Positions 26,441 to 40,567 of a stretch of DNA of 64,000 nucleotides are shown piece by piece (position 1 is the stretch's first letter; every line of letters starts with the position of its first letter). The notes under the pieces were generated by a model. The model did no database searches, was not told the origin of the DNA, and saw nothing but the letters and a program-made list of their open reading frames with translations. Made by a program: the position numbers and the translations under genes. Source of the stretch: Ptychomitrium polyphyllum (taxonomy: Eukaryota); assembly GCA_973851085.1 (NCBI GenBank), contig OZ316776.1, positions 11,966,001-12,030,000 on the forward strand. The letters run 5' to 3'.

Positions 26441-29271
26441 ATATCTCTAGCATTTTACACCTTACATATAGTAAGTAAGGTGTTCTTAGCGATGTTCATC
26501 ATGGAGCTGTAACTTTTTCGATGGCATTATCATTGGGTGGATGAAGTGTGCACAGTGGCTTTATTTGCCAACTCTTATGACGTTGTGCCTCACCCAGGTG
26601 TCAATAGCCACATACACATGTCATACTCAGCAGGCAAAACTTGTTTCACACAATTCGTAAATTCTATTCATCCAGGAACTTTGCACTGTGGATGTGTCTG
26701 TTGTCTCGGGAGATTTTAGGAGCGTGATTACTTTATACTTTTCAAAGTTGAGAAAGATTTTGGGCAGAGTTCTTAATGAGCGGTTCTAGTTCTGATCAAT
26801 GTCTGAAGATTGTGCTGGGCATGATGGTTGTGCTGTTCCTTGTCTGGCTTTGTATGAAACCACTGTTTCGGAGGAATGGATCGATAATTGCAGACTGCAA
26901 TTAATCCAGGAAGCAAGTAAACTCCGATCTTTGTTGGCTCATGGGCGTAATTGGATACATGTGTAATTTTACTCCTGTTTCTGTGTTTATGTGTTTTTGT
27001 TTAAAATTCAAATCCTACTTGTCTTGACTCTGATCTTCAGTTTCGCATGAGCTTCTTCGTCTGTGGGACTGGAAACTGGTGTATGTATAGCTGACGAGAC
27101 AGAAAAACAGAACGCTTAAAGTGCTGGGCTCACTTCTGCATCATTGCTCTCCACGTCTACATAGTCGGTGGATTGCTGCACGGCCAAGGATCGAGGCAGA
27201 TAACAGTTGCCCACTCTGTGGGCAGCTATGCTTGTGTCAAGGATGGCGTTCGATAGATATGCCGGAATTGGTCAGTAGATGTATATTACATCCACAGAAC
27301 ATTTTTGTAAAAGTTCCAATAGCCGACCGTTTATTTAATTGAACTGCTCCTCGCAACTTTAGTAATAGTAAAAAGACTAAGGACTGTCCATCTAATAAGA
27401 CTCACCTTAACACTAACCTGCACCCAGGACTAATGTAATTCGCCATATCAGAGGGTTGATGGTTTCGAACCTAACGGAAGTATAAGCAACAAGAACTGAA
27501 ACAATGACTTCAAATTTAAATTGAAAGCACTACTATATGTATGCAACAAATTTTGCAGCGGCTGATGCATTTTAAACTTCATGTGTGAAAGTGGGGCTTG
27601 CGGATTCAAAGGACATTCACATGACATTGGGAACATGATGGGGAAATTGAGCAACTGTCCGAAGAAGTTATGTGAACTTTCAGGACATCTAATACTATGT
27701 TCTTGTAACTTCATATGAGTTCCAGTACGTTCTCAAGACGCTCAGTTGACATCTGAACATAATTTGTCGAAGGCTGCCTTATCAGTTGGAACGAGGGGAG
27801 TGTTGATTTTGCTGCGCCTAGTATCTCAGGTGCTATAAGATTATTGCTGCAACAATTCATTTCAGACAGCCCAGAGGGAGATTCTGAGAAACAGCTCGCT
27901 AAGGTGAGTATATTCGTCTGCTCTTGGCCATTTATGAGTCTCCGACAGGCTCTCGAATTCGTTACACAAAATACTTTGGCGAGAAATGTGAGGCTGTCAC
28001 AAGGCTGGAAAAGAAAGAGAACGTTTCGACCTCCAGCCATATTTATATCTCGAACTATTTTTATATTTGCCTCTTCCTGGAACCCTGTCCGTTCTACCAG
28101 TTAGTAATAAATACAGGAATGACAGTAAATATCAAATTGAACCGCTTCTTTGACCTATTATAAATAGCAACTTGCTTCAATTCGGGTAGTAGTGTTTACT
28201 CACCACTAAATGGGGCAGGGTTCCCTGTGTTCGCTTTCAGCAATGGCGAAAGCAATCTGATTTGCATTTTAACAACAATAATAGAACATTAGAGCAGATT
28301 AATGTCATTCACGTCTGCCATTCTCCTTGAAAGGAGACCATCCAAGCGGGAAATCCAAGCATATGCACATCTATACTACTAGAGCAAATCATTAATTTTT
28401 TTATCATCCATCACTAAACTAGGAGGATTACATTTGATGCAATAACAATAACATTGTAGTATGTTCTTAGTGCATTGTTTGAACAGTGAATAGAATATTA
28501 TCAACCATAATCATCCATCTTCATCTCTACAACAGTAAAAGCATTGCAGAAACACGAGTTGTCAAGTTTGTAATCAACGCAGGTGTTCGTGTGGGCTACA
28601 GGAAGACTATTGTATAGGAAAGTGGAGCAACAATTTCTGCTTAAAATGAGTACTCATTTTGAACCATTGAATATATGGTTTATTAGTAATCTTCACCAGT
28701 TTAAGCTTTGCTTCCCCTTTCCATGTGAAATATTCCCACATTCTCGACATTGCAACATTTGAGTATCAACCTCTTGGTCTGATACCTAAATTTTTTGAAC
28801 CACATTTCCAGCCTTCAACAATCTATAAATGCATAAAAGAGAAGAATATGAATACGATGCCACATGTGCAACATCACAACTATGTTGCCAAGTGCGATCT
28901 TCACCCAAGTTCATAAGAATTCGAACCGCTCATCGAGAACTCTGTCCAAAATTATGCACACCTTCACAAACCTAGGTAGCGACGCTACGCTTCTGAAGTT
29001 CCCTGAGACAGGTACAAATCCACAGTACAAAGTTCCAAGTGTCCAGGACGGAATTATGAAACAAATAAAACTACGGCTTGTGCCCGTCCACCGTAACTTA
29101 CATATCTAAGTATTGACACCTAGGGCACAGAATCATAGCAGCTGATCTACAGAACGCACAATAAACACGTCAACCACCCAATGATGGTGCCATCGTTAGG
29201 GCTACAGCTCGCAAATCAACACCTCTAATGTCATAATTTACCGTACAAAAGGACTCAAATTCAGGAGAAAA

Positions 29272-32200
29272 TTACTCTGCGGCATTTTCTTCTTCGCTGT
29301 CGCTGTAGAAGTACGCTGAAGCTTCTTTCTTACTCCCCGCACTACAACACAAATAATTCACAAGTCATACGGACGCATCGTAGAAAGAAAATAAAAAATT
29401 AGGACATCCAGATAAGTGCACAAACAGGGTACACTAGGTATTAGTATTCACAGCCAAAACACAGTAATTACCAACACCCAAACCCATAACATCATTTACC
29501 GACACAACAAGTGTCACAAAGCAGATTCAATGGAACCAACGACACCCACTGAAACCTATACTGATGTTAAATACAATATGATCCTCAAAGCCTGCAATAC
29601 CAGAGTAACATATACTCCATCATTGATCTTCAGAACATGCTGTAGAGAAAATGGAGTACATAGGAAGCTTCGAAACTGACACCACACCTGGCTGCCGCCG
29701 AACCAATCTCTCTTGGGGCTGCTTGCCGTTGTTGGCCTGTCGGTGTTTCCCTAGACCCAGAGCTCTGACGCCCTCCAAACTCCGAAGCGCTATCATCGTC
29801 TGCAAGTTCACAACCTCTGTTAATCCACAGTCCCTGTATCCACCCTCTAATTCACTCACATCCGCGAGGATGATACTGACTGGCGTCATCAGGTATCATC
29901 GGCCACCCCGAACACCAGTGTAAGGCCACGACAAAACTGGGCCGACAGCCGTAACTGCAGCAAACGCAGTTCAAGCCACACGTACAGCCTCCAACTACAC
30001 TCAAAGATCACAAACCAGAATATGGCCTCAACCATCCTATCAGCGTCCTACACATACTGTTCTACACAGCAGAGTCACCGTTTACGCTTTTCCATCGGGC
30101 ACAGATCCCCGAGCAACTCACCCAAATGAAGACTGCCCAGAGCCTTGCTCGAGTTCTCCACACACGAGTTCCTTCTCGCTTGACTGCCACCAACCAACCC
30201 ATGTCGTGAGTCCACGTAAACCAACCTCGTGCGCATCAATCATCTCAGACCAACCGTTACTTGCACCTCGGAACTTACCTCGCGCTATCTTCGCCTGCTT
30301 GGCCCTTCCCGTCCCCTTTCTCACTGCGTGCTGCCGAGTTCATGTACGGGTTCTCATAATCCTGATCCCTCCAACCACCTTCTTTCTTCCTGTTCACCGA
30401 ACCATCTTCCTCGCTCCACGAGTATTCTCTTCTCTTACCGTCGCTGTCCCTATCTCTCGACCCTCGCGGATACGCTCCTCCACTATCCACGCCAGCCACA
30501 GCTGCAGCAACATTCCAACATCTCCCGCATTGTCACTAACACCACATGGATACTCACCACACAAGAACACCAAACACATCCGTGTTCTTGCAACCCCACG
30601 GTGCAACCCAAAACCAGCGCGTCCACGTCACGTCTATTCGATGCCCGAACGCCTCTACAAGTCTCCCTCAAAATTTCCCACTCACCGGTCTGTTGATCAC
30701 TTGCTGAACCATTGTTGCTCCCTCTGCTATTGGGACCCGACCGAGAGCCACCACTAAATGCTGGCACCCTGCCAGGCAAGCGAAAACACTACGGTCAGAT
30801 ACAAAACGACGGCAAAGCGCCTGGAGCCTAACATCAACGTACACAGATGGTCACCAAGACCTGACTTTGGCATCCGACCCGCTCGCAAATCAACTCATAA
30901 CGTACCCGCTGCTCCGCCTGTGCTGTGGGAAGTCGGCCAAGATTGCCTGTGCCCGATTCGAAGGCTTCTCGTACAGCTTCTGACCGTCATCAGGAACTCT
31001 TGGACTCATCATGCCATCGTTACCACTCCCCTGCATTCCGTCACGACTCAACGTAAGGCCACATTTATTTCCTTCAAATTCCAGCTCGAAGAACTCCACA
31101 TGTGTGCCACAAGCGCGCACCAGATTTCTCTGTGAAAAGAACCCCACCCAACGCATCCTACACAACCTCCTAGCCTGCTGTCCGAGTGATCACATACCCT
31201 CACGACGCCCTCCACAGGCGTGCCCTCAAGTAGGGCACACAAACTAGTCATGTCCCCAGCACACTTTTACAGTTTCCAGTTGCAAACCGACAAGAAAAAC
31301 CGGACAGAGGACTTCATTACGCCATTGCCACGCTCAATGACATCCAAGAACGACTTGCAGGTATGCATGAAGAACAGGAGTAGTTAAGTCCTTCACAAAG
31401 CTCATGCTAGGGGTAGCCGTTGTGCTATTCATACCAAAGAACCCGTCCGGAAAGTGCGGGGAACAGAAACCAAAACTGAGTCAAAATCGGACGAAGAGGG
31501 CTTGAGCAACCGAATGGAGACAGCACCAAGCTAGGATAAAGCATCACGACAATGTGGATAAGGTTCAGAGTAAGGAATCTAGGATGAAGAAAGACAAAGA
31601 AAGCTGAGACTTACAACTGGTACCCCCTCTGAGCGATTGTGGAAGGAGCTATCATATGAGCCTCCCACAGGTTTTTCCGAGAACTTCTTGCTGCAACAGA
31701 TACAATTCTTAGGTGTTAGGTCACAAAATCTTAACGCACGAGTACCAAAGTAAACACGCCGTGCAAAAGAACACCTCATTGTTTTATGAAGCCCCGCTAG
31801 TATGAACTTAAAGAGGTGGACTTACTTGGAGATTGACACACGTGCCTCGAGAGCTTCAGATGGATCCACAACACGGGAAGTTCCACTATACTGTCTAGGG
31901 GCCTGTGCTACACTATGTCGTGACTGTTTGGCTTGCGCAGTAGGTCCAATGACTTGAGTATCCTTTTTCTGCGAACACAAACAAACAACTTCATTGTGTC
32001 GCCAAAGTCTCAATGCACCTGATTAAAACCTGTGAGACAAAGGAACCGAAGATCTGTTTTTCACTCTTTGGCATAACGTCAGCAACGACTAGTTCAGCTT
32101 GCTTTGATCTGACGTACGTGAAAGCATTACTCAACCAAGGGCTAAGTGACAGTGACTTGGATCAGTATCAAAGTGTGTCAGCGGAGAAAACTTCAAATCG

Positions 32201-34058
32201 AGAATGAACTAAAGTTACAAAGAGGTAATAAATTATTAGGAATCGTGTAGCCTATCTGTGTGAACACATCGATTCAGTGCAGCCTTAGCCTCATCTCATC
32301 TGATAAATTCGACTTCGACCAAAATCATAAATGCTCGTGCGAAGCTCCCCTCCATGCCAGTGAAGAGTGGCCGCACATGAATACAGAGAATTGCGGACAG
32401 TTGCTACCGCAAACTACTCCACCTACCTCATTCAGAAAAACCTCCACGATGCTCAGCAGCAGAGGCCGAGAGTCCTGACTGTCTGCCTTTGGTTCACCGA
32501 CGAGTCCCAAAATATCCTCCAGGTCAGCTCTGTTGTAGGCCTTGGGCTGCACTCCAAAAGAGTGCTATGTGAGAAAATGTACAAATTCTATTAAACCCAA
32601 CGTATCATGTTCAACACACGTCTGACGCAAGCTCTTCAGTTGATCGACAGCCATACCTGGTTGAGCTCCGGCATATAAACCTTCAACGTGTGCTCCAACT
32701 CACACCACTCCATATACTCGCACACTAATGCCATCAACAACTTGCCTGCTCATGCTCATCATAAACAGGTTAAATTGATAGGCTCGAATCAACAATGCGC
32801 GCATGACAATAAACGCAGGCACAACAAACCATGTCACGCCCTCAGAATTAATCCAAACAGAACAAGCAAGAGAACTACATGTACCACCATACACACCTTT
32901 GCTGCTCACACTGACATGACACATTCATCGCACAACAATAGATCTCAAGAAACCTCTCAACCAAAGGAAAGCACCAGCTTAATAAAGAAAACCAAGATCA
33001 TGACCCTCACAAAATCCAGATAACATGCCTGAAGGAGAAGTATGCAGTTTCTTTGCCCGCTCATTGCATGTTCCAAGCAACGAAAAAGTTGTGGAGCCAT
33101 TGCTTTCCGCTTCGTGGTCTTGCTCTTCCATGGCCTGAAAAACATTCGCTCTCAGCTCCGCCTGAAACCGTTGAAAAAAACGTCAGTATAATAAAATGAA
33201 ATGAACCTCAACAACGAATACCTCTAATCTCCAAAAAGAAACACAAATAAAACACGAGCAGTCCTAGTGTGGTACATTCGAATAAGCAGCTGTTCTTAGG
33301 TGAAATGACTTATTGCCCACTATGTTGAGCTCGAACAAGCTAGGATTAGCATCATTTATAGCAAGGACAAATCCTCGATGTCAAAGATTAAAGAAAACTT
33401 CCTTGCAAATACTTCCACGAGTTAATTTCCAGGTCCGACATCAATGGCACCACTCTCAAGCACTTCAACTACAAATAACACACTGAACATGAGCCACACA
33501 CTCTCGTCATGCCAGTACACGCAAGAACGTCCATTTGAAACCCTAGTTACATTCTTCACGTGTAACTTATATACCCTTCAATAAAAGGCAATCGCTGAGA
33601 TAAGGCCAATACGCGATAAAGTGTGCCAGTAATTTGTTGTTAGATGAAAATGCCCGTAGCTGGTGTCCGTGAAGGATGTGCGAAACACCGAGAAGGCCAC
33701 GCTCCAATGCAATGTGGTTGGTAGAGATTTTGTGTGACGCATACTCCAATTAACGAAAACCTCCTAACAACCTAAAACTCTTAGAAATACTAATGAAGCT
33801 GTTGAGTTCAATGTGCCATTGCAAGATCTCTCGCGAAAAGAAAAAGAAAGAGAAAAAACCAGCTCAGACCACGAAACAGAAGTGCATCGTCTCACAACCC
33901 TGAAAACGAACAAATGAGATAGGTCACATGTCTCCACCGAACTGGCATCGAGAGCAAGAGGAGAAACATACTCGAATTCTCGCAAGCACGCCCTTCTTCT
34001 CTAAGGTTTTGGTAACGAGCGTCTTAAGGTCAACCATCTCCCGCATGTAGTCGTCCAT
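29272..34058 (-). CDS. TON1-like: TONNEAU1/FOP-family (TOF-LisH-PLL) protein, copy B, 12 exons, ~440 aa
   Basis: Mirror exons (minus): 33972-34058, 33029-33161, 32657-32745, 32427-32546, 31826-31968, 31615-31690, 30906-31030, 30686-30768, 30279-30501, 30122-30183, 29688-29799, 29272-29341. Splice sites and phases match copy A. Exon 5 is one codon shorter. No stops or frameshifts. Confidence 0.9.
29637..31618 (-). repeat. Inner inverted-repeat arm, right
   Basis: Reverse complement of 24094-26075. Confidence 0.97.
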
Positions 34059-34531
34059 AGCTGCTCCCTGCGCATAAAACGCCTCTTCACCAGCCTCACG
34101 TATCGATGCCCACGCTCACGCACCGCGCCGTACCAGGGCGCCCTGTGGGATACCAATCCGCGTCCCTCACACTCTGGATATGAGCTGACCGCTTCTCGCA
34201 CCCTCCAAACTACGATCGCAAGCCAGTGTCCACGAAAACTGCCACAGCGACCACCACAGGCATCCGCGCTGCAGCTCAAAACACCTCACAAGATACCGCA
34301 CCCCGAGATACACCTGCAATACCAAAATAAAGAGACGACCTAGCCATCCCAGGGGATCGCCAACCCGCACGACGCTAGGTCACACAATGCCACGCTCGAC
34401 GGCCTCGCAACAACTCTCCGCCAGAGCTCCTCGTTCAACGCAGCGCCAGTCCACCTATCGTCTACTCCACCCTCCATCTGAAAGACGCATCATCATCACC
34501 ATCACCACCTCATTTGCGTCCCAACCTGCCA
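33885..34531 (-). repeat. Outer inverted-repeat arm, right
   Basis: Reverse complement of 21364-22011. Confidence 0.95.
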
Positions 34532-36350
34532 CTGAATAGCGCGGAAGAGACACAAATCCGAAACTCCACCGGGACGTCACGAACCTAAACCTAGAACATG
34601 CTCCGAAACAATCTTCACCCGAAAGTTACCATTGAATGTCGCTCATGACGAATCGTCCAAAAACAAGGAAACTAACGCCGGGCGTCATTCACCGTTGAAG
34701 GCGGCCCTTCTCAGACTTCAGGAGCAATGTGGGCATTTCCTGCACTGCTCGGGAATCGGTATGACCTCGCAGTGAGTCCGACAGCCAGGTCGCGTGGCTC
34801 CTGTACCCTGTGCAGGCTGCCCCACCGCAAGGCTGGAGCTTCCCACGCATGAGAGCAGTTGCGGAGTTGTAGGTCAGGCAACTTGTGTACGGCAGGGCTC
34901 AACTGAAACGGAGGTGGTCTTGCACGCAGCGCAGCATAGCATGACCGAGGGCGATCGATTCCTGCAGCCCTGACACTCTGTAGCGTTTTCCTTGGCCAAG
35001 TGGTTTGAAGCAGCGTGCGATCAGGTTGGGCGTCTGCGACTTCCCGATGTTTATGGGCGGGTCGCTGTGGAGCTTCTTTCTGTCTAGAGGCCGCATTGCT
35101 CATTGAGTGAACTCCGCTATTCCCGTTTAACCTGTTTTGCGTTTAGTGTTGGCCGTGCGATCCTTCCTGGTTCGATTGCGCCGTCGGATGTGGTCGGTAA
35201 GTCACTTGGGTACTGTGGCTGTAACCGATTTGGACGGGTTTGAATAAGATTTGGTTTTCGTGGGACAATTTTAACGTTAATGCTAGTGGAAAACATAATG
35301 TAACATCCAATTGGATCTTGTGAAAATGGTTTGGAGAATTTGATGGTCGAAAAATGTATAAAAAATGTTATTAAATGGAATAGTTTCAGTAGAATTTGCA
35401 TCATACTCACTATAAACATTACATTCCATATCAACAAAACTACCATAATGTATCAGCAAGCAATACGTTTAACAAGTCAGTCAAGGTCCGTAATCATTGA
35501 TGTTATGGACTCCATAACTTATTTCATATGCCAAATTATTCAACTCGGTGAATGAATGACTTCCAAGCCTTCTAAAATTCTTCGTTAGACTAGCTTTCGG
35601 TGGCAACCATCAACCACACCATCAACAGAGAAGACAAAATAAATGGCCTTCTTTGAGATAACCTCGTGAGAACAACACCATCAAGCCAGGTAGGTAGAAG
35701 ATATAGAAATCAATCGAGATTGATTCTAAGTATTACTTTCAGTAGCACAATTCATATGAAGTAAACAGCAGCCATTTGTGCAAATAGTGTCAGTAGTAAC
35801 GACATGAAATTTGAGAAAGTTGGAACCAAGATTATCTGTTGATGACACACGTGCGATAATACTTATAGGCGTATTCACCAGAGAATCACAATACAATAAC
35901 ACTTCCAAGAGTTTGTTCATGAATCGTTTAATTACGAATTGTGGACATACATTGACACTTCCCTTGCTTCATGATCCAGTCAAGACACACTTGACCTCAC
36001 GGCAAAGGCCTCAGCCTATTTCGAACCAATAAATTGAATAGTATAAATTCTCAAACGAATGAAAATCCTCAGCCGTTGCTAACTTAACCTCACTTCAAAA
36101 CACCCCCTCCCCGCTAGCAACTAGTTCTAACACCTACTGTAGATGTAGAGGGGGTGCACTGAAATGGTTGCCTGATTGGTAGGCAACAAATGATACTATG
36201 TAGGTGTCCCACCACTTCACATTGCTCTCCGATTAGCTCTTCTTTGAGGTGCAAGGAAAAGGGTTGCAAGCTTGTCACACTTCACTACTAGGTTCCAGTG
36301 TAAGTTTGAAACCTGGTAGAGACCATGACAGCTTAATAAATGTCTTAAGA

Positions 36351-39019
36351 TTAAGACGAGAGTGTGATTCGAGTCTCTGTTAGACGTGTGTTGTATGATG
36401 GGCAGTTGGCGCACTTCTGTCCAACAACATGATATTGCACTTCGCTTGTAGATCCGCAATCGTTGCATAATATCCATACCTGTACAGAAGAAATAAAATG
36501 TTAACGCCTTATGAAAATTAACTGACCACCTTGATGATGTCACATGACTTCTAAACGAAAACACTGTTCACCTTAGTAAATCTCAGTGCTCAGACTATGC
36601 AGTAAGTATTCGCGAACGTTGCTAGTTGAATAACGAAGCAGGTTGTACCGAATTGACTTACCATTCTATTTTGATTTTCGGGCATTTGAGAGGCTGCAAC
36701 CTCTTCGTCAATCTGCTTCCAAACACTTGACATATCGCAAACAGACTTGTTGCAGAGTGGGCAATTATATCTGCAAGTGACAAATGTTATTTAGACGTTG
36801 AGAACATGTTCATCGAGAATCTCAAAGAAATGTACCATAAAAACTCATGATTTAAAAATATTAGCTCTTGTTTTTGAAAACCAGTTTCACTTCCTCAAGA
36901 CAGCAACTACTCCAATTATCCACTTACTGAAAATGTTTGTGCATGTCTTGGAGGCATTCCAGGTGCAAAGTATGGCCGCATGGTAAGACAGTAATGTCCT
37001 TCAATGAGTCGAACAAATACTGCAGTATAAGATGGTTACAGTCAGACACGCCCAGCAGCTTCACAAGTTCTCAGCAACATAAAAGCTATGAACAAAAAAT
37101 ACGCACATTCTGGTCTAGAAAGTACTAGACAACACCAAAGACAAAGAATGAAGACAAGAATGAAGAAGAAAATATACCTCCATGCAAACTGGACAGTCTT
37201 GGTGCATAGATTTTTCCACGCAGGTATGTCTCTCACGTAACTGAGTTGAGTAGCAGCAGCCACAACGATCACAATGGAAAAAGTTCTCACGTCCTCCAGT
37301 TCTGCAGATCCCACATTTGTCGCAATGATACTGCTGCTTCGAGGTATCATCGTCGAAGAACTTGCACTTCGAGCAGAAGAACTCGCCCATACAGACTCCA
37401 CAGTTTTCGCAAACTTGTTGAACATTTTGCTCATGCTCGCACAATGAACAAATAACCTTCTCCACAAGGTGTCGGTCAATCTCGTGACGTTTCTTATCGT
37501 CCTTCTCGTTTATATTCTAAGATAAGTCCAAAAAGAATTAAGTTAGTATCTAGCTTCATAAAGCAGTTTTTCTTAACGACACCAACATTGCTGGCGATGG
37601 CATAGAAAGTAGACATCAAACACCAAAACATATACCTTAGCTTCGTTATGGCAATGTCGGCAATCGAAGACCTCGTTACAGCACGGAGCACGGACCTTGC
37701 ATCTCCTTTTATAATGTGCACACCCATGGCGCTTCGCTCCAATAGACCATTTCCACGCTTGGACAAGATCTTCAGTGAGATCGTCATCATCATCCTCTCC
37801 ATCAGAGTCTAAGCAGCTGGTATGTCCCTGCAACAGAGACATGAACAAGGTAAGCATTTACATAAAACAAGAATGAGTCGAAACAGCAAAACAACAAACA
37901 GAAGAATAGCGTATGAATCAAGCATAAATTATATTACAAGGTTTGCATTGCAGAAAAGGAGCGCACGCCAGCAGGTTTTAACAGATGTAGAGTCCAAGAG
38001 ACAGACACAAATGCGGAGGAAAAGCTGCCAGGCATTTGAAGAAGCGCCCCCGATCAGTCTAAGACCACTATGGGTAGAAGTGGTACTGCTTTCCTGTCAC
38101 AATGTGTTCTGAGGTGTAAGCACAGAAACAAAGTAACAGGATAGCCAACGAAAATGTAGTCCGCAGACCATATTACAACAAACGACTTTGCAAGTAGACC
38201 CAACTGCAAGTCCCCAATCTAAAATGGTATCGACTCAAGTACCACTAGCGAGTTAACCCCGCGCATCCAACAAGGAGTAGAGGCAGAGGTGCAAAACAAA
38301 AACGGCACCCTGAATGCGACCAGCTCAGCAAAGCTATCTGAATGCGACTAAAAGAAACAAGGTCCAACTATCACTGTCCCACAAGCAACAGAGTGACAAA
38401 CAATGGAAGACACCACATGGCGCACCAAATAAAGGACCCTTCCGAGAGGAAAGACACTAAACTTATATTGAATCGCCGCAACAAAAAGCATAATTAAACG
38501 ATAATGACTGGCATTTGCAAAGACCGCCTAACATCCCTCAACGAGCGATCAACAAAAATGAAGAAAGCCCGAGCACAAATCACAAGAAAGACGCGTCAAA
38601 TACAAAGCAGGAACCTGACACTTAACCCAATTTCAATGAACATCTAATCCCAGTGCGCGAAACATTCAAGTTCTTCGTCAACTCTACCCACCAGAATTCG
38701 GTTGATGAGTAGAATCAAACCTCACATTCCACAAAAACAAAGTGCAAAACCAAACGATATCCAAAAAGCAAATAGAGAACCGCACAAACAACAAACACAT
38801 TCCTCAATTGTAACATTTCCCCGGCGTCAATCAAGAGAACCACAGCAGCCACAACCGCAAATCGGTTCGCAAACTCAGCCAACAACGAAAGGATAAGGAA
38901 CGTACCGCAACGACGTGGTGGTGCGAATGAACCGCAACATTATTGTACGCATATCGGAACTGCTCCCCGCTCATCAACGGAGTGAAGAGCGATTCCATGG
39001 ACGCTACAAGGACAGCCAT
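36351..39019 (-). CDS. CHY zinc finger / CTCHY / RING-H2 / zinc-ribbon E3 ubiquitin ligase (RZFP34/CHYR/MIEL1, Pirh2 family), 6 exons, ~324 aa
   Basis: Exons (minus) 38906-39019, 37636-37827, 37178-37516, 36928-37019, 36662-36770, 36351-36479 join in frame (975 nt). Motifs: [71 protein letters not shown]...[11 protein letters not shown]...CPLC, WILCNDC...[10 protein letters not shown]. The first exon is the least certain. Confidence 0.93.
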
Positions 39020-40498
39020 CTTGACCACCTTCCTTCTAACCCACGAGAGGAAACTTGACTTTGCCGTTTCGTATCTCGCGCGGGAGGCCGCGCGGTCGGC
39101 TCCCCGTCCTCTATCTCATGCAATTGGGATGGAAATTACGCGCAATGCACCCTCCCCTGCCCACTTCCACCTCCAACCCCCTCAACTCAACCCAACTCCT
39201 CCAATCTCACACGCAATAACGCGTCAATTAAACAACCCACTCCAACCAACACCCACACCAATCCCTCTCTCCTCTCCTCTCTCCTCTACCTCAAACTCCC
39301 GCAAACCGCCGCAAATCGCCACTATCCACTCCCAAGATCACGAACCCGACTAGAACTCCGCCGATACTCCACCACAACGATCTCCCACAAACGCAAATCG
39401 GGAACCGAACTGTGAAAACTGAGAGCTTGCAAGAGAACCACGCCGCGGAATGCATGAAAGAAAGGGTAACTGTGGGATCACAACATGATAGCAACAGAGG
39501 CCCCCAATTGACTCCAAGGACGGAGTTGCAGAGGAGTGGCGGACTGGGAGTGCAGTGATGCAGCGATGGGCATAATAAAGTCGCAGCAAGGGAGTCCAAG
39601 TTGAGCCTGAGCGAGCGCGGTGAGAGAAAGGGCACTATTATTAGCCCCCAGGCCAACAAAAGCCGCGTCCCGACTCACTCTCCCGGCCACAGGCGACGAG
39701 AAGTCAAGCGCTTCCTCTCCCTTGCGTAGTTCCTCCTCACTAATCCCCCCATCAGCTCTCACTAATTTCCGCGTCTTCCTCTCTCCTTCTCCTGCAGAGT
39801 TATTCCGGGTACACGTTTAGTTGCCAGTCGTTACATTGCTCCATCCTCTTTGCGTCTGCAAGTAACTCTTTCTTTTCATTCTTTTCATCCTTCCCAGAGT
39901 TTTGGGATGTTATCTGAATCCGCCACCGTCTGTAAATCACCTTATATACGGGGCGTCTACAGTTGGGTGTATATGATCTACACATTGCGTAGAGAGAGTC
40001 GGTTTTGGGCACGCGTCTTTACTTTTTGCGAGAGCCTGCTCGTTTCACCCGTTCCTGTATGGGATGCATGTTCGCTGCCGTCACTGCAACGAATACCAAT
40101 GTTGCTTGTGTCTTTCATGGATGTTGGATGTATGCTGTTGGTAGACAATGTCAGCTTTTAATACGCATCCCTTAGTTGATTCATTCTCTTACCTCCATTT
40201 TCCTTCTCAGGGGGTTCCTACTGGTCACTGGACTTGAGTGCTACAGCATCTGCAGTAAGAATCTGCTTTCGTTGTGGTAAGTTTGTGATATCTACAGTAT
40301 TCAATGCTCAGAATAATTTTTTCATTCCACTCATGTAAGGAACAAGAAGAAACAAACACTGCCACAAGGTTCAAAGTGATTATTCTATATCCTATTTACA
40401 TGAGCGCAAGGCAAACGCGTCACTAGATAGTGTGAATGCCCCATTACTCCATCATTCTCTGCCTCCCAGGGCAATCCAACTGCAGGAAGTTCTTTTCT

Positions 40499-40567
40499 AT
40501 GTGTGTATGTGTGTGTGTATGTATTTTATTAGTTTTGTGTGTGTATATGTATAAACGTGTGTGTGTG
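40499..40567. repeat. Interrupted (TG)n/(TATG) microsatellite cluster
   Basis: Three short TG runs visible in the sequence. Confidence 0.7.

Noticed and set aside
27600..28100. Exon-like segment in the palindrome spacer (..LLLQQFISDSPEGDSEKQLAK|GTGAGT)
   Set aside because: Upstream in-frame stops, no partner exons and no recognisable homology.
24461..31251. Many overlapping 60-183 aa ORFs duplicated in mirror image, at first suggesting a LINE/DIRS/TIR transposon (e.g. an SDHIP motif like an APE endonuclease)
   Set aside because: They are shadow frames of GC-rich TON1-like exons and introns. There are no RT, transposase or recombinase motifs, and the inverted repeat is explained by the gene pair.
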